Below, piece after piece: positions 39,701-52,989 of a DNA stretch of 64,000 nucleotides. Every line of letters begins with the position of its first letter. The first letter of the stretch is position 1. The translations under genes were made by a program, and so were the position numbers. The DNA is from Cycas panzhihuaensis (Eukaryota > Plantae > Cycadophyta), in the NCBI GenBank assembly GCA_023213395.1, contig CM041465.1, positions 232,383,741 through 232,447,740 on the forward strand. The letters run 5' to 3'. Under the pieces are notes generated by a model. The model did no database searches. It was not told the DNA's origin and was given only the letters and a program-made list of their open reading frames with translations.

Positions 39701-42700
39701 GAAATTTTGACCCCAAGAGATATTGACATCACATATCTATGACGTGCAAGATAGCTTGCATTTCCTTCTAGTATGTAGAGAGTCAAAGTTTATGATTTTT
39801 TAGTTTTGGCTTTCAAATGCAATAAGATGGTAATCCTACATAAAAACAAGTCCAAGGTCGAATCCTGATGTGTCGTATTTAAGCTAGAAAGGTTGGGTGA
39901 AATTGGAAGTGATGACAACTAGGGTAGAGGTCATTACTATTTTGAGATGGGAAAAGGTAGCATTTGCCTCTGAAGACCACTAGAAGGAGTCTTTGTATAG
40001 TAGGTTAGTTAGTGGAGCTACTAGCAAGATGTAATTTAATATAAAACGACAATAAAGAAATGCTTGTAGTTGGGTGAGATAAGTCAAGTGCAACTAGGTA
40101 GCAATGGCCAATATTTTATTAGGGTCCATATACCCCAAATATTGGAGTTTAGTTTTTCTAAACTCACACTTATAAAGAGGTTTACATATAATCAGTATTA
40201 GTGTAAGATTTGAAGAACAATCTTCAATGACAAATGTGATGGTCTAAGCAAGAACTATAGATAAGGATATCATCAAAGAAGACGATGACAAATTTCAAAA
40301 TGTATGTGCCAAAGATCTTATTCATGAATGTTTAGAAGGTGGCAGGTGTATTTTAAAGGCCAAAAGGCATCCTTAAGAATTTGAAGTAGTTGCGATGTGT
40401 TCTAAAAACTATCTTATTGCAGTCCTCTGGAACAATTAGGATCTAATAGTATCCACACTATAAATCTAGCTTAGAAAAGATAGAGGCTCCATGGATCTCA
40501 TCTAACATGTTATTTATCTATTGAGTATGGAACTTATTTTTTATGGTAATCTTATTAAGTTCCCTATAATCCATACAAAGGAAAAATGAGCCATCTTTCT
40601 TCCTAACCAAGATTATAAGAGTCACATGTGGGCTTTTACTAAGCTAGATTATTCCTATATCCATTAGTTTAGTAGTGATTTTCTTGATTTCATTTTTTTT
40701 AAAGTAGAAATTTCTATGTAGTCATAAGCTAATTGGGTTATAATTAAATTAGAGGTTGATTGTATGGTAGAAACCACGGTCAAGTGGAATAGTGGCAAGA
40801 AGGGAAGTAAATACTTGCTTATACTTTGTAATGATATCCTAGATACGTGCATGGATTTGAGGGTCAACCTAAATGTTATTAAGGCAAACTATATAACCAT
40901 GGTAGGATTGAGGGTATCATTTTATATGGCCTGGCAAAACTAATTGGTTTGGTCGAAATTATATCCTATGGATTTTATATATCTTACCCATTTGATCCTT
41001 AAATAATATGAATGGATTGGTTAGGAAGTTATTTATGCTATAAGTGCCTAAGGTTTACAGCTACTAGATTCCTAGTATAGCATTAGATCCTCCTATCAAC
41101 AATGCATAAAAATCTGAGATTAGGAAGTATGTTCTAATCCAGACATGTAAGTTTTTTATAACACTAGCATAGTGGAATTTCTAGTACCCTAATAGGGAGA
41201 AGGTGAAGCTAGTCTTTAGGACAATGTAAAGGTTTAACTGGCGAGATAATGAGATGTTAATAAAGTTTAAGGATATACCACTATTGATCAAGATTAACAT
41301 TAAAGTTTTATAGAGAATGCGCTTGACTCATAAGGGTTCAAAACAAGAGGTGGGGACTACAACAAATAGGGATACCTTAGTTTGAGGATTAGGGGTGGGG
41401 TCTTATTGGAATTTCTTATCAGCCCTATGCTCTGAGACAGAATCTAAATGTTCATTAAGGGATAGGGTGGGGTCGATAGAAAAGACCATATACCTTGCTT
41501 TACAAATATGACCATGCTAAGTAGTCCAGTTTTTTTAGCATTGAACACAGAGGTAGGCCTCTATTTGATGTTGTCATTTTGCTTATGAGATTTGGACTCA
41601 TTTTAGTGAGGATTCTTTTGCATGTCAATCTATTGTAGGGTAAATTGCATCATCAAGTCAAGGTCGGGGACATTAGAAATCTATCTGTGATTGAGTTGTA
41701 TTATCAAATCGGGGTTGAGGCCATTAGAAGTCTATTTGATGGGGTCATGAGAACCATGGGTTGTTCTGTCAAATATGTAAGGGTCTTTTGGCCACCTCCA
41801 CTATTCTAGTCATTTTGATAACTTTCTTGAGAGAGATTACGAACAGTATCTTGATGCGCATCTAAATATGGTCCTAGAGACTTGCCACATAAATGTCTAT
41901 CAAAGTATGTTTGTTTAGACTTTGGCTTTGAGGGGATTGATTATATAAGGCTCAAAACTCATCTGTAAAGACCTCTACTAATGATGTTTGTTTCAACCGT
42001 GTTAACTAAGTGAAGAATGGCTAATTCCAAATGTCTTCATATTATCAAAAAAATAATTTATGAAATGTGACCATGTCTAATTTGAAGAGGATATTTTTTT
42101 TCCACCAATTGAGCTAGTGATAAGCCTTTCTATCCATGCAGATGGAGACATATAGTAGTTGATTTTCTTCAGTCCTTAGGTTAAGAGTGAAGTAGGATTC
42201 CAGTTTGCTTATCTAACTATGAATGCATTCTTTATTCAAATCTAGATCAAAAATTAAGATGTTGATTTTGTGGTGGAGTAATTGTTACTTTAGTAGATGG
42301 CCTCCTTAGGATGTATTTCCTTTCTATAGGGGGTGAGAGGGAGGAGAGTTAGTCATTATATTTGATGTCCTTGTGCTATTAGAATTGGATTACATCATTT
42401 GAGTGACTAGTGCTAAGATATCTACCTTTGAAGGGAGGTTGGTTAAATATGCCTTGGAAGGGAGGTTGATTAACTCAACCTTCACTTCTTGTCAAAAAGT
42501 TTCTAGCTTTGTCTCTAGTGAAGTGATCATGTTTTCTTATGAACGTACCATCAAAAATATAAAATGAGCTATAAGGAGCAAGACATAGCAAAGAAAAGGG
42601 AAAATATACGAAGTAAAGAATAGCAAGAAAGAACATGTTTAAAGAAGTAGAGAATACCTTGGTAAAAGGATGAGATAAAAAAGGGATAAAGGGGAAGGGA

Positions 42701-43764
42701 ATGATACTTGGGATGTCTATAACCTGTTGACCCTAAAATTTAAGGAATAAAATCACCTAATACATATGGACGAGTGTGAAAAACTTGTTGAAATAGAATA
42801 GATAAGTTGTGGGGATGAAATTTTGGTGACAGGGTCTACCGACGACCTAAGTGCTGCTATACTCAAAAACTAAATGTAAAAATTAACCTAGTGCAAAATG
42901 ATTAGTGTGATGCACTGATTGAAATATAATGTATAAATTTTAACTATAATTTTTTTAAACATGGACTTTTTTGTGGCGAATTCAATGGTTCAGGTCATTT
43001 CAAATTCTAATAAATATTGAGTAAATTATGCCCTTCTCTTTGTAGATCTGTGCTTTCAATAACAGATGATCAACAACTATTTAGCAAACTTGATTTCTTT
43101 GCACGAGAGGGATGTCAAATCGGAGGATACCTACCAGACTCTTAACATTGAGAGTACTTGGCTCTGTAGGCCCTACGATAAACTTCTTTGCCATTATAGT
43201 AGCTCAGCCCAATATCTCAAGGCACTACTTATGGAGGAAAGACTATCCTTATAAGGTCTATATTGGTGTAAAGTAGCTTCTTAGCACTAATCACTAACTC
43301 ATGTATCACAAAGGATAAATGACTAAAAGTTTATTGATTCTAAGATGGGTGGGGAGCTTATAGGTGTACTCTCATATACCTAAGGATATGTGGAGGCTTG
43401 ATTTTGTAGTTGAGTTCTATCTGAGGCTCAATTTGATAGGCTTAACTGAAGTCCTTCATGCCACAATATGCTTAGTCTATAATGGCAAATCCTCTTAATA
43501 TTTATAGACCTCTGGTACAAAGTCTCTACCTATCTAAGTTGGGTAGTTTCCAAGCAAATTTATCTAACTATGAAGAGGGAGGGAGGGAGCAAAAAGAGTA
43601 GCTACCAAGTAGCATAATCTACCCTTGAAGAGAAATTGAAATGACTAAAACTAAAAGGAAGTAATATAGGAGAAGGGTTATGAGTGTCATCAAAGCAAAA
43701 AAAAAATCCTTTTCTAGGTCTCGAATACTTCTGTAGAGTTGTTGAACCTTATTCTAATACCACT

Positions 43765-44142
43765 TGCAATATATCTTCTCGAGATTATCCTTGTGAATCC
43801 TATGAAAGAAGAGTTAAAAAAACAGATCGAGTACTTTTACCAACTTTGGAGGTCGATATTACAGAATAACTAACATAATGGACACGAAAGAGTATAAAAG
43901 TACTTTCTCTTAAGAAATGAAACAATGATTAATAATACTTTACAAGTAATCTTTGACCATTAAATAGATAAAAGAGGGTCTTTCTTCCATACTCCCATTA
44001 GCAGTCCTAATGGCTTTACATATCATTGGAGAGTTTAATGGACCATGTATAAAACTTAATAATTAACATCAACACTTAACCCCATGGACAGTTTCCACAT
44101 GCTAAAGCCTTCTTCTGCTTAAGAAAATAAAGTCATGTTATA
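43765..44142 (-). repeat. 5' LTR of the Gypsy at 24712-44142
   Basis: Adjacent to the PBS; homologous to 24712-25090. Confidence 0.85.
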
Positions 44143-44861
44143 AAACAATATAACAATACATGTCAAGATTATGAAATAAAGAAATAAAATAGAGTGGATA
44201 ATAATAAAGATAAAACAAGGTCTCCAAATCAACACTTATAAAATTAAAGGGATAATTTCATATATTTCCATAAAGTAAGAATTATCATTAAATATGTATA
44301 ATGTTCACCTAATAAACTAAATGAACTCAAACAATACATAACAATTGCAAAGAATAATACATATAAAAAATTAAAAGTAGACTAACTCGTCGAGTATAGC
44401 ATTCTTAGGAATTAAACTAGAAACATATAAAGAATAGGAGGTGCAACATAACACGTTATTAACACATAATCTACATACACAATACAATATATTGTTGTTA
44501 TGCCCTTGCCTACAACCTAAGATTTTTACTTGGTTCTACCTTATTATTAGCTTGAGAAGAAAAAATAGAGAGAAAAGTGAAGCTTATGGAGGAAGAAAGG
44601 AGATTATATTGGTTATGCTAAGCAACAATAGCCAAACAACTCTTCTTGCATCATCACCTTGTCTTTTGAAGTTGATCCTAATAATATTGCGCTCCATCCT
44701 TATTATTTTTGATAACTTGCAATTAATATCTATTTTCCCTTGTAAATGGATGTTCTTCTACTCTTCACTGAATTTGGCTTAGTCTTGTATTTTAAATTTA
44801 TGTGAAGATGTGCTTTTAAGCATTTTGTATTATAAGTGAAATAAAGAAAGACCCAACATTT

Positions 44862-46924
44862 TGTTAAAAAACACAAATGCATGAGATAACAAAAGTTGTA
44901 AATAACAAACAAATGAAAGAATGAAGTATGTACAAACATATAAAGATAACAAAGCTTGTGAAAAATGATCATCTCTAATTATTGTGATATGTGTGCATAT
45001 ATGCTTATAGTCACTTCATGGTCATTTAATCATACGCAAGAACTGTTATAACTATCATAAGAACAAGTGTGTACATGTACACATCTTAATAACACTAATT
45101 TAATATTTAATAAGTGAGTTAAAGGAGTCTCTTAACATTACTCAACACATCACATTAAATATTATTTTAACACTCCCCACCATAATATTTAATTATTAAC
45201 GTCACGTCAATACACACTAGGGATAACACCCTTTCACCAACACAAGAACTATCTGCCTTCTTCAAATAAAACAGACACCATTTGGCTTTTCTAACTATGT
45301 TGGAATCTCTACCTTATCCAAACTATAAGTCAAGCTACACCAACCAATTCTTATTGACGTCTATATAAAACAAACTCCATCTATCAAATTGCATAGGTAA
45401 TCAACTATTGCAACAATCAATCTTATAGGAAATTGTTTCAGATAAATGATTTTATTAGCATCTGTCAACAACATCCCGAAAACAGACCGAACTACCTAAT
45501 TAGCCAAAAGAATTGTAACAAATGGAACACACCTCTTACCAAATGGGATTTAATAGTAACTTCTTCTCTTGAAGTCTCTCTTCGGGTTCACCAGTAGGCA
45601 ATCCTACTTGAAGTCTACAATGGTCTCTTCAAGCCTTCCACTATTATTACTTGGCCTATCAAAATATTTCACTATCATCGCTTAGAGTCTTAAATTGAGT
45701 TTTTAAAAAAATTTTTTTTTATTCTTGAAATCTTCGTAAATGGTTCCTTCAAGATGCAATACAACCTGTTCAAAACAACCATACAATTGCCACACTATTT
45801 AGGAGTGCCAGCAACAACCATTAAACAAAGCATAAAACGTGACTCATAAAAATTATTAAATAACTTTCTTATTCAATATTTTTTTTAAAACGTTTTTCTC
45901 TTTTTTTTTAACTCAATAATTGCTCAGAAATTCAAGGACACCTCAAAATGTCCATAATCTGCTGATTAGCACCCTGTGCATCTGCATGCAATCTGCAATT
46001 AGGGAATTCTGCCAATGATCCTGGGCATTAATTTTTGCCTCATGTTTGAGGCATTTGGCCGCATCAAGGGATCCATGAAGAGCCGCGGCATGCAGGGCTA
46101 TCCTGCCATTGTAATAACAAGCGTTAACAAGGGATTGATCTTGTTTCAGAACTTCTCCAACCCTCGAACTCTCTTTCTCCTTGTTATCATTGCTTGGAGA
46201 CCAAATGTTACTGAATCTTTCACTACTGACACTGTCATCGTTATCATTGGTATTATCGAAGCGTTCGAGGCTTCTGAACACGTCTCCGCAGTCCATTATT
46301 ATTAATCCTCACTATCTGGTTGTGAAGAGGCGGTCTGGTATGCAGATGGGTGCACTCCTCCACCACTTCCTCCCCCCATGGAACTCTCCGTCCCGCAGAG
46401 TCCGAATAAAATTGGATGGATGCTCTGGTTCACGTCTTACGAGTATTTTCAAGACCTGACGAGCATCTCCATCGGCTTTTGGCCTGAATAGACAGAACGG
46501 TGAATGATTCAAAGCCTCACCAGTCGCATCCGAGCCGTCGGGAGGGCGCCATGGATTCCTCCGCTTCCACGGTGGTTCCATAGGCCAGAAATCATAAAAT
46601 TCGATAGTGCATTTGTTGGATCAAGTGAAGCAGAAGCCTTTGCTAATATATCGGCCCAATTCATCGCGAACATTATGTGTTATACGTTAGATATAAGGAA
46701 ATTGTAGAAGTTTTTTGTCCGATGGCTTTCAATGCAATAAACAATCTTCTTCAAAAGCAACCTCCTTCAAATCCCCACGTTGAAATCTCTTATAATTGTG
46801 ATATATATATATATATATATATATTCACTTCAAAGTTGTTCAATTATATAGGAGAATTGAATAACTCTACACATGTACACACTTTAATAATATTAATTTA
46901 TATATATATATATATATTTTAACA
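44862..46924 (-). mobile_element. Small non-autonomous LTR element carrying a captured host-gene fragment
   Basis: Complete LTR 44862-45172 (TGTTAAAA...TTTTAACA) followed by a reverse-complement PPT CTCCCCACC; second, partial LTR ~46786-46924 aligns with 44971-45172 and ends TTTTAACA; interrupts the host LTR; no TSD or PBS found. Confidence 0.7.
45943..46296 (-). pseudogene. VIK: VH1-interacting kinase / integrin-linked kinase N-terminal ankyrin-repeat fragment (captured, truncated)
   Basis: SPSNDNKEKESSRV...DQSLVNACYYNGRIALHAAALHGSLDAAKCLKHEAKINAQDHWQNSLIAD parallels recalled Arabidopsis VIK SPSYDKQKEKARV...[51 protein letters not shown]; no kinase domain follows. Confidence 0.85.
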
Positions 46925-48019
46925 AAAATAGACTTGATAATTCTTTGTCTTTATCGAATATTTATTCCTTTGCAAAAGTGTGAAATCTAAAACATGGTCC
47001 CCCATTTGAAATCTTTCCTTTCTTGCTTTATATTTTTTTTGTGTTTTTATGCCATTAGTCTTTGCAGTTCTTATTCCAATAAATTTTTTCACATATCCAT
47101 GAAAATAGAAAATTTAAAATCCTTTAGTTTTCTGCAAGGAGTCATACCACTCAAAATTTCTCCTCTTTACATTTTTGCGAAAATAAGCTTTGCAAACTCA
47201 CCACAGTAGATGGTTTTAAGTAATTCATGAAAGTGTAAGTTTATGTTTCAGGGCCACTACTTAAAAGCTTGTCTTATTGCATTCTTATGTATTGAGCATT
47301 CTCATTGTTTCACCGCATAAGACTCTGTTACTTTTTATTCCTATAGGCCTTTTTGTTCCTTTGAGAAATCATGTAGTCTTAAGCTTGTGCCCATCACTAA
47401 GAATTTTAGTTTTGGTTGTTCACATCTTCATGATATAATGCTTTGTAATTTTTTATCCTAATAGACCTTTTTATTCCCCATCAAAAACATGAAGTCTAAA
47501 ATCTTTAGGCTTTCCGATAAAAGGGCTCATCACTTAAAACCAACACATGGTTTTTACTTCTTTGCATTCTTGTGATAGAAATCTTCTCAATTCATTGTTC
47601 CTATTAACCCTTTCATTCATTTAAGAAAATGCAAAGTATAAGGCCTTAAGACTTGCTTCTTGAAATTATTTCTATTTCACCAAACCCATGACATTGCAAC
47701 TAATTGTTAAACATTCTAGAATTACAAAGCTAAATATTCAAGTAACTACCAAGTTACAAGAAACTAGTACTTCAAGAATTTGGATAATATTTATCAAGTT
47801 AAAAGTTATTGTTACAACTTAGAACCATTAGATTTGATGTGAATGACTTATTAAGCCTTCTAATTCTTAACACTTCGTCATGTTGAAGTAGATCATGTGA
47901 CTATACTTCTAATTATTACTCTTTCACAATATAAAGATAACATGTTAAAAATAAATAACAAAGCAAAACTTGAGCAAATTTTTGGAAGTACCCTCACAGG
48001 AGCAATATGTAATATGTCT

Positions 48020-48890
48020 TCCCTCTTTAAAAGATTGTTTGCCTTAATGAGGCTTCATTCATAAACAAAAGAAATTGATTCCTATGTGGCCTCCTCAATA
48101 GGTCCATCAAAGTGTTCCACTAAATATTTATGCATTCAATTACTTCTTAGTATCACAGATATAATGTCCATTATTCTTATTAAATCATGTGTTATTTGTT
48201 CAACATCTTAAATATCCATATAACGGGGTGCTTTATTATCAAATCTCGATGATGTATTCTTAAATAAGCTAACATCAAATACATGGTGGATTTTAATACA
48301 TTTAAGAAGTTGTAATCTATATGCAACTTCACTCACATTTTTAAGTATTTGAAAATGTTTGCAACGCCTGGAAGATAATTTAGTATGCTTTCATGTTGAT
48401 AAGAGTGTGTTATATTCTACTCTTAAATACACAAACTAGTATTTTAAAGGATCTTGAGGTCCTATTTTGATATGTATATGGTTTTGCCCTAACATGGGCT
48501 TTTTCTATATTTTTCTTACACCCCTTTAATTCTTTTTGCATCTTCTCAAGCATCTGTAAGAATATTTGTGCTTTATCCATAAAAATTCTATGAATCACTT
48601 CCAAATGTACAAATAGATCATGTATATTTTTCTTTGAGCACAAATAAATGCATTAATAATATAGGCAATAAATCTCTTCCAACTTTATTAAATTGGCCTA
48701 ACTCATAGGTTTTAATATAATTCATTATTTCTTTATTAATATTATTCTTATACACATATTCCTTTACAACTTTATGAATTTTTTCTATGCCCACATAGTT
48801 AACAAAGGAGTTATCATGTACCTCATATAATATTTATATATTACTTGTGTTATATGCTAGGAACTTCCTTAGCTCAAAGTATCTTTTGTT
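48020..48890 (-). mobile_element. Highly decayed Gypsy integrase/chromodomain 3' fragment
   Basis: Reverse-complement PPT TCTTCCCTCTTT at ~48016-48027; EEAT(W)E chromodomain-like motif at ~48080-48100; ORF 48410-48643 resembles the INT C-terminus. Confidence 0.6.
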
Positions 48891-48899
48891 ACTTCTTAA

Positions 48900-51800
48900 A
48901 TATACTACATGGTTCAGGGATCATGTTTCCTTCTTCACTAGTAGTAACTAGTTCAGTAGGGATTTTGAGATGAGGGCCTACCATTTTCTTTAAACTTAAA
49001 ATATAAAACACATTATTGATTTGACATTATAGAGGTAAGTTGAGGGTGTACACAACTTCTCATATTTTCCTTTTTTTTACAGTATGGTCTATAAAATCTT
49101 AGTGTAAGTTTAAATTTTCCTTATTATTGTGGCAATGCTTGTTTGTATGCTTATAGTCTTATGTACACCCAACCTCTAAGCTTAAATTTACTCTTAGTAA
49201 GCCATTAATTTACTTTTACTTCATCTAGTTTCTTTTTATATTGTAGTTGTCTTTGAGTTCCTTAAGGATCTATTTCACTTATCAAACATGTTCCTAAGCT
49301 GTCAACACTCTTGTGGATGTTTGTAAATAGTCTATAATGCTTGGTGGTGAGTAGTTGTATAGGGCTATGAATGGGGCCATTTGTATTATACAATGGTGGT
49401 TTTGTTACACTAATATTCTATTAGGTGAATCCATTTTACCCATTTGGCCTAGTTCTCTTTAGCATAGCATCTTAGATATATTTCTAAATATTTTTTTACT
49501 ACCTCCATCTATCCATCTATTTATGGATGATTAGATATTCTCATTGGAGTTCCATTCCCACTAATCTAAATAATCCCTTCAAAAATTACTAATGAATTTT
49601 ATATTCTTATTAAGTATAATCTTCTTAGAAATTTATTAATTTTATGAATGTTCTCCATGAACAAATCAGCAATCTATAATGTAGTATATGTGGACTATAT
49701 TGGAATTAAGTAGGCACACTCAATAAAGTGATCACAAACCATAAATATCATATCCTTTCCTTTAAACTATGAAAATCCTATGATGAAATCCATTAATAAT
49801 TCTTCCCATTTCTCTTATGGAACTTGTAGTAATAGTAGTAAATAGGGGCTTTATATACTTTCAACTTTTTATCTCTAACAAGTGTCACACTCCCTAACAA
49901 AGGTCATTATATTATTTTTTTATATCTTTCTAATAGAAATATCATTTTATATTTTCATGTCTTATCGAACTTAAAGTGCCCTACTACTAGGATTTGATGG
50001 TATCCTTAAAGTATTACATTACTAAGGCCTAAGTTACTTAGTAGATAAATTGTATGTTTATATAGTAGGTATTTCCCTTTAATATTTTAGCTTAGGCCTA
50101 CTACTCTACTATTTTATCTCTTAATTAGTTAGTCAAATATTTGATTCATGGGATACTCTTGATGGAGTTCAATGAAAAATAAAGCTTAAACGATTGACAC
50201 AACTATGTAATTTCCTTTATCAAATATTTGGGAGAGTGGATATAAGATTATGTTGTCATTCCCTTTTTTTTAGGTGGTCTTAAAGTCATAATCCTATATC
50301 TCACTAATCCATCTTTGTTGTTCTTCCAATAGATTTGACTGCAATAGGAAGTACTTTAATCTTTGATGCTTTATTTTTATCATAAATTTACTTCCTAACA
50401 AGTACCATATCCATTTTGCTAACTTGTGAAGGATTTTACGAGCATTCCTTTATAATATATGATTTTGGATCATTCCCTTAAGTTCAATATTCAACTTTTA
50501 TATACAATTGGTTTGTCATTATAAAGTAATACTATATTGATCTCACTCCCTAAAGCATCACACTCTAACATGAAGGATTGGGAGAAGTTTGGTCTAATGA
50601 GCATAAGCATAATGGTTATTATTATTTCGAGGTTGTTAAAGCTTTATTCTATCATGTTTTCCAACTTCAATCCATTATTTCAATATAAGTTGATGAGAGA
50701 TCATGCTATGGTTGTATACGCCTTTATGAATTTCTTACAATACTCAATTAAGCCCAAAATTGCTTGTACCTTTAAAACATTCTTTGGTGTAGTCCATTTG
50801 ACAATTACTTATACCTTGAATGGATTAATTTAAACTCCTCCTTATGATATCACATGGACAAAGTATTTTAAAGTTTGTCTTATAAAACTCCACAGAGATA
50901 TTTTTACAAAGAACACCTTATCTTTTATGGTTTGTAAGATCTTCCTTATGTATAACAAATGATCCTCCTAGGTTTTTTATAGACTAGAATATCATTACAA
51001 CAAACCATAATAAATAGCCTTAGAAATACCACAAATACCTTATTCATGGTAGCCTAAATTATAAATAAATCATTATTGAGGCCAAAAAGCATAATCCTAA
51101 ACTTAAATAGATGTTGATATATGTATAATGTTATCTTCTCCACGTCTTGTGATCAAATGACCATTTGGTAGTATTTAAAGCAGAGATTAAACTTTAAAAG
51201 ATGTGCTACCCCATGTAATTTGTTAGTTATATCATCCATCTATTAAATTAAGTACTTGTTCTCGATTATGATATTACTAAGTGCTTGGTATTAATGCATA
51301 TTCTAAACGGTTCATCCTTTTTCCTAGCAATGATGATTAGTGTAGCACATAAGCTTCTACTAGTAGCAATTGCCCACAATGTATGAGTTCTTGTATTAGT
51401 CTTTTTATCTTTGTCTTATGATTTTGGTTGTATTTATATGGCTTGATTAGTATTGGTCCCTTTCTCAACTCCATTTTAATAATATATTCCATTCTTCTCA
51501 TAGGTGGTAGTATAATTAAGAAATCCTAAAAGACTTCTTGATATTATTTTAGCGATGTCTCAACCTATTTTCATTGGTCTAATGGAAATATATCTTTATT
51601 GTCTTATCCTTAGATTGCAAAGTTCATGTTATAAACCTTACATGTCTCTTTCAAAATAACTTTCCTATCTTCTCCGTAAGCATGATAGACAATTGTAGGG
51701 TATCAATCCCTAATAATTGTTATAGTTACCCATACATATTTAAGAGAATGAAATCCTTAATATTATTGGCATTATACATCTCCAATGTCTTTAACCAATT

Positions 51801-51950
51801 AACATCTAGTATTACATCAAATCCTTCATTGTTAAATATGAAAATATTTATATAAAATAGCATATTATTAAGTTGGAGTTATTAGTGTTTTACTTCATAA
51901 TCACATGGTATTGAATGGCTACCCAGTACTTATTATCTTGTAAGATTATA
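48900..51950 (-). mobile_element. Highly decayed Gypsy pol (PR-RT-RH-INT), truncated
   Basis: Degenerate motifs in Gypsy order on the minus strand: PR ~51700-51950, RT ~50700-51400, RH with MLECDALG ~50550-50570, INT ~49000-50000. Confidence 0.7.
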
Positions 51951-51963
51951 CCTTTAGGGAGGG

Positions 51964-52950
51964 TGTAGAACTAATTTGTGAGGTGTTTTTCAATATAAAC
52001 TTACAAGAATAAATGGTGGGAAAATTCCATCCCAAAATACATAACTCTATTTATAACTATAGATATAAGTACTTGGAGAAAGCTCCTCCAAAGAGGAGTA
52101 TGGGGATGAACTAATAAATAGTAAGGATGCATGAGCTCATGATGGATTACAAGCGTATGGGGAAAGGATGTTGCAAGGATGAATTATATGGGGAACATCT
52201 ATAAGTTTGAATGAGTGACAAAACCCTTCAAGAATTAAGTCTTACTAACTAAAATTACATTAAATTAGAAAAAAGGTCAAGCTCACATAATTTCAACCAA
52301 CAAGAATGTAAGGAACTACTTGCCACAAAATAAGCTAAACAAATAATCAATTGTATATTCACTCTAATAGAATTAAAGTGTGAGGAATCCAACCATTGGA
52401 AAAAAGGCAAAATGTAAGACCCACCATTATTCATTCATAATTAAACAAGTAAAAAGTTGCCAACATAGACTAGAAATCTTATCAATTGGAATGGTTGATC
52501 CTATGCATGATTTTTATATTTGAAGCTTATTAAACTTACCTCGAATACCCATATATATCAACTCTACCCCAAATTCTTATTGGGGTTTATCCTTCAAGAA
52601 ATACTTTAATAAATATAAACTTAAAATTTTCCAAGTACAATGCATCCCTAATACACTCCAATTCATAAATGACAAAACACTAAAGTACCGCATTCACCCA
52701 CTAAAATAATTTTGAAAAACTTTACTTTACATCTCCAAAAATTCTTTGGGATCTAAAAGTCCCTCCTCATCTCCCTTTTATGTACTTCAAGGGGAAAAAT
52801 ATATTACGAATAAAAATATAAAACATTTTATAAAAACTACTTTTTCAAAAGCCTAATTGTGTCATAAAGAACTAGTTTGGAAATTGATTTCTATGATTGC
52901 TATAGAATTGAAATTATACTATGAACTATTTCTTTCCTAAATATTTTCCA
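51964..52950 (+). repeat. ~1-kb LTR-like direct repeat, copy 1
   Basis: Aligns throughout with 55972-56950; starts TG after a purine run; right end approximate. Confidence 0.75.
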
Positions 52951-52989
52951 TTATTATTAATGTCTCAAATTTTACCTACTAATGTTGAT

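Larger units (their letters stand above)
24712..44142 (-). mobile_element. Degenerate Ty3/Gypsy retrotransposon carrying two nested Copia elements
   Basis: LTRs 24712-25090 and 43765-44142; PPT (reverse complement) 25091-25106; PBS TGGTATTAGAA (minus) 43752-43762; near-TSD AAAAA/AAACA; INT fragments 25953-26607 (MDFITCLP, GSHFGFNKT); the YKKGK|DNVVANALS motif is split by the nested Copia. Confidence 0.85.
10180..47990 (-). mobile_element. Non-autonomous non-chromoviral Gypsy (Tat/Athila-like) with ~2.2-kb LTRs; outermost host of the nest
   Basis: Left LTR = 10180-11965 + 21616-22011. Right LTR = 24451-24711 + 44143-~44850 + ~46925-47990, with pieces aligning in order. PBS-like TGGTGACC (minus) at 24440-24447. 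Interior 22012-24450 has gag/protease remnants only. Confidence 0.7.

Noticed and set aside
43020-43600. Possible second gag-like fragment in the Gypsy leader
   Set aside because: Similarity too faint to support by eye
45901-45909. T9 run as a poly(A) remnant of the VIK capture
   Set aside because: Such runs are common in this AT-rich window
50537-50833. Plus-strand ORFs opposite retrotransposon genes (also 60083-63998 and others)
   Set aside because: Antisense shadows of pol/gag reading frames
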